This document shows, one piece after another, positions 38,010 to 46,552 of a DNA stretch of 64,000 nucleotides. Origin of the DNA: an uncultured bacterium (GTDB taxonomy: Bacteria; Omnitrophota; Omnitrophia; Omnitrophales; Aquincolibacteriaceae); assembly GCA_964508905.1 (NCBI GenBank), contig CAZDVO010000001.1:81374-145373 (forward strand), in the 5' to 3' direction. Positions within the stretch are counted from its first letter, which is position 1, and each line of letters begins with the position of its first letter. The translations under genes and the position numbers were made by a program. The notes under the pieces are model-generated. The model did not search any database. It saw nothing but the letters and a program-made list of their open reading frames with translations, and was not told the DNA's origin.

Positions 38010-38369
38010 ATGAAAAAAAATATTGAAAAACGGGCTCGGGTCCGGTTCCGTGTTCCAACCCTGGTCAAACATAAGAAGATCCCGAATGCCATTGCCTATC
38101 GCGTGGCGAACATCAGAGATATTAGCGTGATCGGCATCGCATTTCTGGCCGATCGGGCGGTTCCTCCGGGATCTTCTCTGGAACTTCGTTTTCTGGACCC
38201 CGAGGGAGAGATCCTTGTGACGGAGGGGCAGGTGGTAAACTGCCGGCAGGTCTCCAAACGGCCGAGCTCTTTTCGGGTCGGCGTGCGTTTTGGCCACGTC
38301 TCTGGAGAAGCGCTTGATACGCTGACAAAGGCGGAAGCTTATTTTCTGGAACATAAAAAGAAAAAATGA
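38010..38369 (+). CDS. PilZ-domain protein
   Basis: 119 aa; RARVRFR (RxxxR) and D-I-S-x-x-G (RDISVIGIAF) motifs. Confidence 0.5.
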   Translation: MKKNIEKRARVRFRVPTLVKHKKIPNAIAYRVANIRDISVIGIAFLADRAVPPGSSLELRFLDPEGEILVTEGQVVNCRQVSKRPSSFRVGVRFGHVSGEALDTLTKAEAYFLEHKKKK

Positions 38370-38469
38370 GATACGCCTAGCCGCTATCGCTGAATTCTGA
38401 GGTTATTTTTGAAGCTTTGAGTATAATACCCGCGCTTTTAGGGAACTTTTTAAGGGAGAGGATGAAAGC

Positions 38470-39624
38470 ATGCCAAACAAGAAAAAAGAGCCTTCGAGCG
38501 CTTCGAAGCTGATCAAGGGGTTGGAGGGTGTCGTTGCAGCTCAGACGTCGCTCAGCGATGTGGACGGAGAGAATGGACGCCTTCTTTACCGTGGGCTTCC
38601 GATCGGAGAGCTTGTTGAAAAATCCCACTTTGAAGAAGTTGCTTACCTTCTCTGGTTCGCTAAGCTTCCGAACGCGGCGGAGTTGGAAGCTTTCAAAGAA
38701 ACCCTGAAGGCCCAGAGGCCCTTGTCGGAAGCGGCCATGAATGTTTTAAGGGCGCTTCCCCGCGAAGCTCATCCGATGAGCATTCTTCGCACGATGTGTT
38801 CATTGATGGGGACGCTGGATCCTCGCGCCCATATCGTGAATCCCGAAGAGTCCCAGCGTAAGGCCTACCATTTGACGGGGGTATTCCCGACGATCATCGC
38901 GGCGTTTTATCGGCTTCGGGAAGGAAAAGAACCCATTGTTCCGGACATGAGCCTTTCGCATGCCGCAAATTTTCTTTACATGCTCAGTGGGAAAAAACCG
39001 ACGCCTGAAATGGAAAAAGCTCTTGATGCATACTTGATCCTTTTGGCAGACCACGGATTGAACGCCTCGACGTTTGCGGCGCGCGTGACGACCGGAACCC
39101 TCTCGAACCTTTATTCGGCGGTGACTTCTGCCGTCGGCACTCTGGCGGGGGAACTTCACGGTGCGGCGAATCAATACGCAATGGAAATGATCCTTGAGAT
39201 CGGGGCTCCCTCGAACGCGGCGAGTTACGTCAACAAGCTTTTGGATGAGAAAAAGAAGGTCATGGGATTCGGGCACCGGATCTATAAAACGCGTGATCCG
39301 CGGGCGGAAGCTTTTCGTCAGATCGCGGCGGATCTTTGTGTGAAGGCCGGGAAGACGGAGTGGATGGAGATCGCGGCCCACGTTGAAAAGGTCATGATGG
39401 ATCGGAAAAATATCCCCTGCAACGTGGATTTTTTCTCAGCGCCCGTTCTCTACGTGTTGGGATTTCCGCCGGACTTCTTTACCACCGTTTTTGCGGCAAG
39501 CCGCGTGGCCGGATGGAGCGGACATATTATCGAGCAACAGCTTGATAACCGTTTGATCCGCCCGCTGGCGGAATATATCGGGCCGCAGGAGCAGTATTAC
39601 ATCCCGAGCGAACAGCGCGTCTAG
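38470..39624 (+). CDS. gltA: citrate synthase
   Basis: 384 aa; GFGHRIYK active-site motif; DHG catalytic region (LILLADHGLNAST). Confidence 0.85.
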   Translation: MPNKKKEPSSASKLIKGLEGVVAAQTSLSDVDGENGRLLYRGLPIGELVEKSHFEEVAYLLWFAKLPNAAELEAFKETLKAQRPLSEAAMNVLRALPREAHPMSILRTMCSLMGTLDPRAHIVNPEESQRKAYHLTGVFPTIIAAFYRLREGKEPIVPDMSLSHAANFLYMLSGKKPTPEMEKALDAYLILLADHGLNASTFAARVTTGTLSNLYSAVTSAVGTLAGELHGAANQYAMEMILEIGAPSNAASYVNKLLDEKKKVMGFGHRIYKTRDPRAEAFRQIAADLCVKAGKTEWMEIAAHVEKVMMDRKNIPCNVDFFSAPVLYVLGFPPDFFTTVFAASRVAGWSGHIIEQQLDNRLIRPLAEYIGPQEQYYIPSEQRV

Positions 39625-39704
39625 TCCGGCAGGTCCGGGAAGTAAGATTTCCGGAAAAAACCGTCGGGCCTTTGCCGGGATAAAAAGGAAAGCTGGGTCT
39701 GACC

Positions 39705-41069
39705 ATGGCCTCAAACCTTGATTATGCCTATGATCAATATTTGAAGGCTCAAGAAACCCGAGCCCTTCCCGCGATCCTTCATTTTCAAGAGAAGTTAAAA
39801 ACCCCCGCTTTTGCTTACGGCCGCTTTACCGTTCCCGCGTTCTACAAGGCGTATTTTGTCACGCCCAAACAGCAGCACCTTCTCAAACGCGTCGCGGCGA
39901 CATTCTCTCAGATCCTCAACAAGACCGCGCGTTTCTATTTCGAAGAAACACAGATGCGCGCCCGTTTCGGTCTTTCTCCGGAAGCTGAGGAACTGATCCG
40001 TATCGATCCTGGCTATTCTCAGCACGTCGTGTTCAGCCGTTTCGACGCGCTTCTGGAGGGCGAAAGCCTGAAGCTTCTGGAATTCAATAGCGACGTTCCT
40101 GCGGGCGCAGCCTATGCGGATCAATTAGAAGCAGCCCTTCTTTCCGACGAGCTTTTTAAACCATTCGCGGAAGAAAATCATTTGGCGGCAAGCGAACGCG
40201 TTCAGGGGATCCTCTCGACGTTGTTGGCAGTCTATGAAGAATTCGGGGGCTATGAGACGCCGCAGATCGCGATCGTGGCCTGGCGGCATGCCCGAGCGTT
40301 GGCGGCTTTTGAACATATGAAGCGGTATTTTGAATCCAAAGGATACAAAACCGTTGTAGCGGATCCTCGGGAGCTTCAGTACAAGGGAGGGAAGCTCTAT
40401 CACAAGGGATTTCGCGTCCACCTTGCTTATCGAGCCATCGCCTTTGAAGAGATATTGGAGCGTCTCGATGAGGTCCAGGATCTTCTGCGGGCCTACAAAG
40501 ACAAGGCGGTCTGTCTGGTCAATCCGCTACGGTCAAGGCTTGCATCCAGCAAATCGATCGTTTCTCTCCTGACGACGCCGGAATGCGACCGCTATTTCAC
40601 GGAAAATGAGAATGACATGAAACGGCAGCATCTTCCCTGGACCCGATGTTTATCCGACGCGGAAGATTTTTATGGGCACCGGAAGGTTTTTTTGATCGAT
40701 TTTTTAAAAGATGAAAAGGATACGGTCGTGCTCAAACCTTCGGGGTCGAGCCATGGCCCGCGGCGGGTTTATATCGGACGTGAGACGCCGGATGGAGATT
40801 GGAACGCGGCCGTGGACCGGGCCCTGAAGGAGCAGGATTGGGTCATCCAGGAGCAAGTCCCGGTGCCTCTGATGACGGTGCCCGAGGGGGTGAACCAGAA
40901 GCTGGATTTTGCTTACAAAAAACATAATTTTAATTTATTAGTGTCCGGTGGAAAATACGCCGGAGGTTTTGTGCGACTAAGCGATGAAAGCGTGGTCAAT
41001 GTCGGAACGGGGGGCGGGCTGATGCCGGCTTTGTGGACCGATGTCGCGCCCGATCATTTTGGGGCTTGA
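39705..41069 (+). CDS. circularly permuted ATP-grasp (type 2)-like amidoligase family protein
   Basis: 454 aa; an E-x-N motif (LEFNSD) sits in the N-terminal third, which fits a permuted ATP-grasp; remainder matches remembered family features only loosely. Confidence 0.4.
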   Translation: MASNLDYAYDQYLKAQETRALPAILHFQEKLKTPAFAYGRFTVPAFYKAYFVTPKQQHLLKRVAATFSQILNKTARFYFEETQMRARFGLSPEAEELIRIDPGYSQHVVFSRFDALLEGESLKLLEFNSDVPAGAAYADQLEAALLSDELFKPFAEENHLAASERVQGILSTLLAVYEEFGGYETPQIAIVAWRHARALAAFEHMKRYFESKGYKTVVADPRELQYKGGKLYHKGFRVHLAYRAIAFEEILERLDEVQDLLRAYKDKAVCLVNPLRSRLASSKSIVSLLTTPECDRYFTENENDMKRQHLPWTRCLSDAEDFYGHRKVFLIDFLKDEKDTVVLKPSGSSHGPRRVYIGRETPDGDWNAAVDRALKEQDWVIQEQVPVPLMTVPEGVNQKLDFAYKKHNFNLLVSGGKYAGGFVRLSDESVVNVGTGGGLMPALWTDVAPDHFGA

Positions 41070-41122
41070 ACCGTCGTCATGCTCGGTGTAGGCTTAGCTT
41101 CGGTAGCGATCCTGAGGGGAAA

Positions 41123-41536
41123 ATGGAACCCGTGAAAAACAGAAAGATCTTTTCGAAGGCGGAAGCCGAAGCGTTGCTTCCCGAGCTAGAGAGCCGGTTG
41201 AAGGACCTTCATCAAAAAAAGGACGCTTATAATCGCGTTCATGATTCTCTTTTCATGCACGAACTCCTCTGCGATGCTGAACGATCCCAAGGGTTTTCAG
41301 AGGGGACGGAAGATCTTGAAACAAGTATGTTCGCCCTCGAAGAAGCGATCGAAGCTCTCGCGAAAGATGTTGAGGCGATCTTCGCTTTGGGGTGCTTTCT
41401 TCGGCACATCGAAAAGGGAATTATCGAGTTTCACGGTGTTCATGAAGGGCGAGATGTGTTTTTTTTATGGCGTCGCGGTGAACCCATCATCACCCGTTAC
41501 CGGCTTCCTCGGGAAAAGACAGAAAAAAAGCTCTGA
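41123..41536 (+). CDS. hypothetical protein (possibly a DUF2203-like partner of the ATP-grasp protein)
   Basis: 137 aa from the ATG after GAGGGGAAA; charged/coiled N-terminus; no recognisable catalytic motif. Confidence 0.35.
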   Translation: MEPVKNRKIFSKAEAEALLPELESRLKDLHQKKDAYNRVHDSLFMHELLCDAERSQGFSEGTEDLETSMFALEEAIEALAKDVEAIFALGCFLRHIEKGIIEFHGVHEGRDVFFLWRRGEPIITRYRLPREKTEKKL

Positions 41537-41608
41537 ACCCAAAGTTTCCCCATTCGACTTCCTGCCGCACGAGATGCTAACCGTTTCAAATCTCCAAAGA
41601 GGGGCTGT

Positions 41609-42820
41609 CTAAGCGCGCACCCATTCTGTCTTTTCGGGCGGGACCATATCCGGTAAGGGATCCAACGAGGGATCAAGGCTGTTTAGCGCATCGTAAGGGT
41701 TGGGGGATTCTTCGACGGGTAGTGATATGTCTTCCGGTGGTGTTTCCGGGGTCGGCGTCGCTTTCGGGGCGGGAGGCGCTGAAACGGGTTCTGTGGAAGG
41801 TACCGGCTGTGGTGATGTTGCCGGCAGTGTAGCTTTTGGGGCAGGCGGTTCTTCTTTTTTCGGGACGACTTTCTCGACCTGTTTTGGGGCTTTTTCCGGA
41901 ACGGGGGAAGCTTTCCTGGGCTTGGCGGTGGGAGCGGGCTGGCTCTGAACGCTTTTGGCCGCTTCCACCGATGGCTTGGGGGGCGGGGGCGTTCGGGCAG
42001 CGAAGCGAGGGTTCTTTTCATCAAGAAAAACCTCTTTCGTCCCTTGAGGGACCCTTAGCACGAATTCCATAGGATCCATGTCGTCCAAGGCTTTTAGCGC
42101 AACGAAGAAGATGGCGCTTCCTTTTCGTTTCTCGCTGGAAAGGATCGTGATCTTTTTCGGGAAAATGATCGAATGGAAAGCCCCCACGCGCATCGGGATC
42201 TCCCGGAAATCATAGCGCTGGATCTCTGTTTCAGGACGGCCCTTCGGATCATAAAAGATCTCACCGAGGACATCCCCTTCAGAGGAAAGATAAAGTTTTC
42301 GGGCCAAGGCGCCCTTGGCGTCCCGCTGGCTGTAGACGTCGAGGCTGGTGAGCGCCGGGTTGGCGCGGTCGATCTTGGCACGGCGGGGGTCTACGGCGAG
42401 CGGCTTGAGTGCCCGGTAGAGGTCCCGGACCTGCAGATGACTTTCGATCTCGGGAGAATCTTCGAGGTCGAAGATCGTTCCATGATAAACGGTTTGCTGA
42501 GAGGGAAGGTAAAGATCGAACCGGCGGTCGAATGAGCGAAAAGCGAAGACCAGCTCGTCCCGCGTGTCCACGCAGCTGAGGAACATGCGTTCTTCCAGGC
42601 GATGGTAAAGAAGCTCTCCACTGCACATGGCGCGGGCGTGGTCTGCTCCGGCAAAAAAGAGGAGAATGTCCGCGCGGAGCGCGACCCACCGGTAATGGCG
42701 GGAAGCGATCTTGTGAAGAAGTTCTTCAACCTCGGGAGGAGCGGAGGCCTGTCCGGATGGAACGGCTACGGATAAGGCAAAGAAAACTCCGACAAGCAGG
42801 GAGCAGAGCAGGCGGCGCAT
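41609..42820 (-). CDS. secreted protein with a Pro/Ala/Lys-rich low-complexity C-terminal tail
   Basis: about 403 aa from the internal ATG; signal peptide MRRLLCSLLVGVFFALSVAVPSG; last about 120 aa are a PxxP/KA-rich linker-like tail; start overlaps the upstream stop. Confidence 0.4.
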   Translation of the reverse strand: MRRLLCSLLVGVFFALSVAVPSGQASAPPEVEELLHKIASRHYRWVALRADILLFFAGADHARAMCSGELLYHRLEERMFLSCVDTRDELVFAFRSFDRRFDLYLPSQQTVYHGTIFDLEDSPEIESHLQVRDLYRALKPLAVDPRRAKIDRANPALTSLDVYSQRDAKGALARKLYLSSEGDVLGEIFYDPKGRPETEIQRYDFREIPMRVGAFHSIIFPKKITILSSEKRKGSAIFFVALKALDDMDPMEFVLRVPQGTKEVFLDEKNPRFAARTPPPPKPSVEAAKSVQSQPAPTAKPRKASPVPEKAPKQVEKVVPKKEEPPAPKATLPATSPQPVPSTEPVSAPPAPKATPTPETPPEDISLPVEESPNPYDALNSLDPSLDPLPDMVPPEKTEWVRA

Positions 42821-42822
42821 GC

Positions 42823-43437
42823 CTAGCTCTGCGGCGTTTCGGAGAGGATCTTTTTTGTGTGAAGGATGCGTTGAATGGCCGTTAGATGTGTGCCCACGAG
42901 CAGGATCACGAGCACCCACTTCAGAAGCGGGGTGACAAGTGTGCCGATGATCAGCAGGATCACCCGCTCTGCTCTTCCAAAACGGCCGACGCCGCAATCT
43001 TTGATGAAGTTTTCAGCGCGCGCCTTGGCATAGCTTACCGTGATAGATCCGAGGATTACGCCGAGCGTGACGAAGAAAAAGAAGATCTCGCCGTTCCGGG
43101 CAAAATAAGCCGCGAGGCCCGCGAATACAAAGAAATCCGCGTAACGGTCCATGACTGAATCCAGAAATGCCCCGAACGGGGTCATCTTCCCCGTTGTGCG
43201 GGCCAGGAGGCCGTCCAGGAGATCGGCCGCTCCCGAGATGAAAAGCATGATCCCGCCGAGGAAGAGATAACCCTTGGCGTAGATCACGCCGGTCAGGAGA
43301 CTGAGTGCCGCGCCCGCGAGGGTCAGCTGGTTGGGTGTGATCCCCTGGGCCTTGAGGAACGATACGATCGCATTCGCGATCGGTTCCACCTTGGGGTACA
43401 CCGTTTCACGCAGGGACATAGGGCCTACCGGGGACAA
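42823..43437 (-). CDS. CDP-alcohol phosphatidyltransferase, likely phosphatidylinositol-phosphate synthase
   Basis: 204 aa membrane protein; full D-G-x2-A-R-x8-G-x3-D-x3-D motif (DGLLARTTGKMTPFGAFLDSVMD); overlaps the ino1 stop. Confidence 0.65.
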   Translation of the reverse strand: MSPVGPMSLRETVYPKVEPIANAIVSFLKAQGITPNQLTLAGAALSLLTGVIYAKGYLFLGGIMLFISGAADLLDGLLARTTGKMTPFGAFLDSVMDRYADFFVFAGLAAYFARNGEIFFFFVTLGVILGSITVSYAKARAENFIKDCGVGRFGRAERVILLIIGTLVTPLLKWVLVILLVGTHLTAIQRILHTKKILSETPQS

Positions 43438-44540
43438 GTTCCCTGGATGAACTTGCGGACCAGTTCTTTGGCTTCATAGTCCACGATCTGTTTGGGTGGA
43501 TGTTTCATCGTATAGGCCGACATGGAGATGAGCGGTCCGCCGATCTTGCGGTCCCGGGCGATCTTGCATGCGCGGATGGCGTCGATGGAGCAGCCCGCGC
43601 TGTTCGGCGAGTCCTCGACGGACAGGCGCATTTCCGCCGTGACGGGGAAACCGCCGAAACCGCGTCCTTCGATTCGAAGGTAGCAGACCTTGTTATCGTT
43701 TTGCCAGGGAACATAGTCCGAAGGGCCGATATGGATATTATCCTCATCCAGCGGAACATCCAGCTGGCTTTGGACGGCGGATGTTTTGGATATCTTTTTG
43801 GATTCCAGGCGGGCGCGGTTAAGCATGTTCAGGAAGTCCGTGTTCCCGCCCGTATTGAGCTGGTAAGTCCGGTCGATCTTGACGCCGCGGTCCATAAAAA
43901 GTTTTGCGAGGGTGCGGTGTGTGACCGTTGCGCCGATCTGGGCTTTGATATCATCGCCGACACAGGGGATGCGCTTGGCTTCAAACCGCTTGGCCCAAGC
44001 CGGGTTGGAAACAATAAAGACCGGCATACAGTTGATGAGACTGACGCCTGTTTTCAGGCAGGCTTCAGCGTAGAACTCGGTCGCTTTTTGAGAACCGACG
44101 GGGAGGTAGTTGATAAGGACCTCGGCGCCGCTTTCTTTGAGGATTTTCTCGACGTTACAGGGTTTTCTGTCGGAGGGGAGGAAGGTGCGGTCGTCCTTGT
44201 AATGAGCCATGTGTTCCGAGCAACCGTCCAAAATGTGGCCCATTTCGACGATGACCTTGCTTTTGGGGACGGGACCGATGGACCAAACGCAGTTCGGCTT
44301 TGCCTTCAACGCAACATCAAGACGCTCGCCCACCTTCCGCCGGTCGATATCAAAAGCCGCCACCACCTCGATATCGTGGGGGAAATAGCCGCCGACATCG
44401 TAATTCATCAATCCAAAGCACTCGACGGGCTTCTTTTTACCGCCTTTTTGGTTGGCCAGGGACCGATAGTATTCAATCCCTTGGATGAGTGACGCCGCAC
44501 AATTCCCAGCGCCCACAATAGCGATCTTGATCTTCCCCAT
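43425..44540 (-). CDS. ino1: myo-inositol-1-phosphate synthase (short archaeal/bacterial type)
   Basis: 371 aa; N-terminal NAD-binding IAIVGAGNCASSL-like motif (KIAIVGAGNCAASLIQGIEYY); RBS AGGAGG. Confidence 0.8.
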   Translation of the reverse strand: MGKIKIAIVGAGNCAASLIQGIEYYRSLANQKGGKKKPVECFGLMNYDVGGYFPHDIEVVAAFDIDRRKVGERLDVALKAKPNCVWSIGPVPKSKVIVEMGHILDGCSEHMAHYKDDRTFLPSDRKPCNVEKILKESGAEVLINYLPVGSQKATEFYAEACLKTGVSLINCMPVFIVSNPAWAKRFEAKRIPCVGDDIKAQIGATVTHRTLAKLFMDRGVKIDRTYQLNTGGNTDFLNMLNRARLESKKISKTSAVQSQLDVPLDEDNIHIGPSDYVPWQNDNKVCYLRIEGRGFGGFPVTAEMRLSVEDSPNSAGCSIDAIRACKIARDRKIGGPLISMSAYTMKHPPKQIVDYEAKELVRKFIQGTCPR

Positions 44541-44780
44541 GAATTCCTCCTCTTGATTTTAAAATGAGAACGACGAAATCCTCGATAGGCGGCAGATTAT
44601 GATAGCAGTAAGTTATTGGAAATCAAGCGAAACGAGGCTGTTCTAAGCAATTTTGGCAGTTGGAGTTATGGCTGTTACGTCCGATAACCCTCTATTTTTT
44701 TGAGCTTTTCAGCCGATTTTTTTGTGCTAAAATGCCGTCCATTCCATTTATTCATGCCACCTCAAGACAGGAGTTTTTTT

Positions 44781-45101
44781 ATGCCGTCCTATGAAGATTT
44801 CCAGAAACTAGAGATCAAAATAGCCGAAATCGAGACTGTCACCCCTCATCCCAATGCGGATCGCCTCTATGTTTTGGGGTTAAAGGTTGGAGAAGTTCGC
44901 AAACAGATCGTTGCCGGAATTCGGGCCCACTACACGGAGGACCAGCTCAAAGGGAAAAAGATCGTCATTATCGATAATCTGGACCCGGCCGTGATCCGCG
45001 GGGTCGAATCCCAGGGAATGTTGCTCGCGGCGTCCGACGCCTCAGGGTTAACGCTAGTGGTCCCCGAGCGTCCGATCTCGGATGGCGCGAAGGTGAAATA
45101 A
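44781..45101 (+). CDS. tRNA-binding domain protein (CsaA/Myf/EMAP-like OB fold)
   Basis: 106 aa; LEIKIAEIETVTPHPNADRLYVLGLKVG...VVPE pattern of the tRNA-binding arm domain. Confidence 0.6.
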   Translation: MPSYEDFQKLEIKIAEIETVTPHPNADRLYVLGLKVGEVRKQIVAGIRAHYTEDQLKGKKIVIIDNLDPAVIRGVESQGMLLAASDASGLTLVVPERPISDGAKVK

Positions 45102-45172
45102 CCGAAGATCCTTCTCCCGTAAGGAGGCATCTTCTTGTCAAACCCAAAGACGTATGCTACCATCCCGTCTCT

Positions 45173-46510
45173 ATGAAAACAGCACAAGCCTCCGCCGGAT
45201 CCCGTACGAAGCTCGATTTTCAGCCTTTTAAGGCATGGCGTTACGACCCCGCGCGCGTGGATGTCTCAACGGTGCTGGCGCCTCCTTATGATGTTATTTC
45301 CTCAGAGAAACAGCAGAAGCTGTATGACCGCTCTCTCTATAATTGCATTCGTCTCATCCTGAATAAAAAAGATCCTTCGGATAACGACAAGATCAATGGC
45401 TATACGCGTGCTCGCGATGCCTTTCAAGAATGGCAAAAGCAGGGCATCCTGACGCAGGAAAAGGAACCTTCCTTCTATATCTATCGCCAAACCTTCAAGG
45501 ATCCCGCGACCGGCGAGGTCAAAAACCGTTCGGCCCTGCTGGGCCGTGTTCGGCTGGAACCCTTTGAAAAAGGGATCATCGTTCCTCATGAGAAGACCCT
45601 AAGCGGACCCAAGGTGGACCGGATGCGTCTTCTTAAGACCGTCCAAACGAATTTTTCGCCGGTATTCGGCCTCTACAAGGACCAAGATTCTAAAGTGGGC
45701 AGCGTGATCTGTGATCCCAAGAGCGCTACGCCGATCTTTGAGGCCGAAGATGACGATAAGATCTTGCACACGCTTTTGGTCGTGAAAGATCCCGTCCTGG
45801 TTGAAAAGCTGCATACCGCGCTGGAATCCAAACAGGTCTATATTGCCGATGGTCATCATCGCTATGAAACGGCGCTTGAATATGCCCGTCTTAAACGTGA
45901 AGAACTTGGCGCGTCGCCTTCCGATCGCTTTGCCTTCGATTATATGTACATGGCGCTGGTGAGTTTTAACGATCCAGGGTTCATTGTGTTGCCGACCCAC
46001 CGCATCCTTCTCGATCTTGGGATGAGCGATGCCGACGCGCTCAAGCGGCTTGAAGGTTATTTCAGCATTACAAAGGCGTCGCTTAAAGAGATCGAGACCA
46101 TGGTGCTTTCAAAATCCACGGACCCCATGACGTTCGGCTTGACGCTTAAGTCCGGCGGGGCTTATCTTTTGAAGCTGCTGGATAAGGCGAAGGCGCGGCA
46201 AAAAGTCGCTCAAGAAAAGCCGGACGTTTGGTTCGATCTGAACGTGAACATGCTCGGGCATCTGATCTTCGCGAAGCTGTTGGATCTTCCGGAAACTAAA
46301 TGGGAATCGGTGCTTCGCTTCGATCACACGGTTGAAGGGACAATGGATCTGATGAAGAAAGAAAATGCCCAAGCGGCCTTTTTTCTGCAGGCTCCGGAAG
46401 TTGGTATGCTGGAGAAAATGGGTGCCGTGAATGAACGCATGCCGCAGAAATCCACCTATTTTTATCCGAAGCTCGCGACTGGGCTTATTTTTCATTCGCA
46501 CAAAGAATAA
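45173..46510 (+). CDS. DUF1015-like conserved hypothetical protein
   Basis: 445 aa; N-terminal FQPFKAWRY...LAPPYDVIS resembles the DUF1015 signature as remembered; a TTGTCA-N17-TACCAT promoter lies upstream. Confidence 0.4.
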   Translation: MKTAQASAGSRTKLDFQPFKAWRYDPARVDVSTVLAPPYDVISSEKQQKLYDRSLYNCIRLILNKKDPSDNDKINGYTRARDAFQEWQKQGILTQEKEPSFYIYRQTFKDPATGEVKNRSALLGRVRLEPFEKGIIVPHEKTLSGPKVDRMRLLKTVQTNFSPVFGLYKDQDSKVGSVICDPKSATPIFEAEDDDKILHTLLVVKDPVLVEKLHTALESKQVYIADGHHRYETALEYARLKREELGASPSDRFAFDYMYMALVSFNDPGFIVLPTHRILLDLGMSDADALKRLEGYFSITKASLKEIETMVLSKSTDPMTFGLTLKSGGAYLLKLLDKAKARQKVAQEKPDVWFDLNVNMLGHLIFAKLLDLPETKWESVLRFDHTVEGTMDLMKKENAQAAFFLQAPEVGMLEKMGAVNERMPQKSTYFYPKLATGLIFHSHKE

Positions 46511-46552
46511 TCCCAGTTTTTCCGCAGCGTCGGAACTTTACCTCGGGATCTT

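Noticed and set aside
43500-44492. 330-aa + strand ORF
   Set aside because: Shadow ORF antisense to the well-supported ino1 gene; R/A/G-rich composition.
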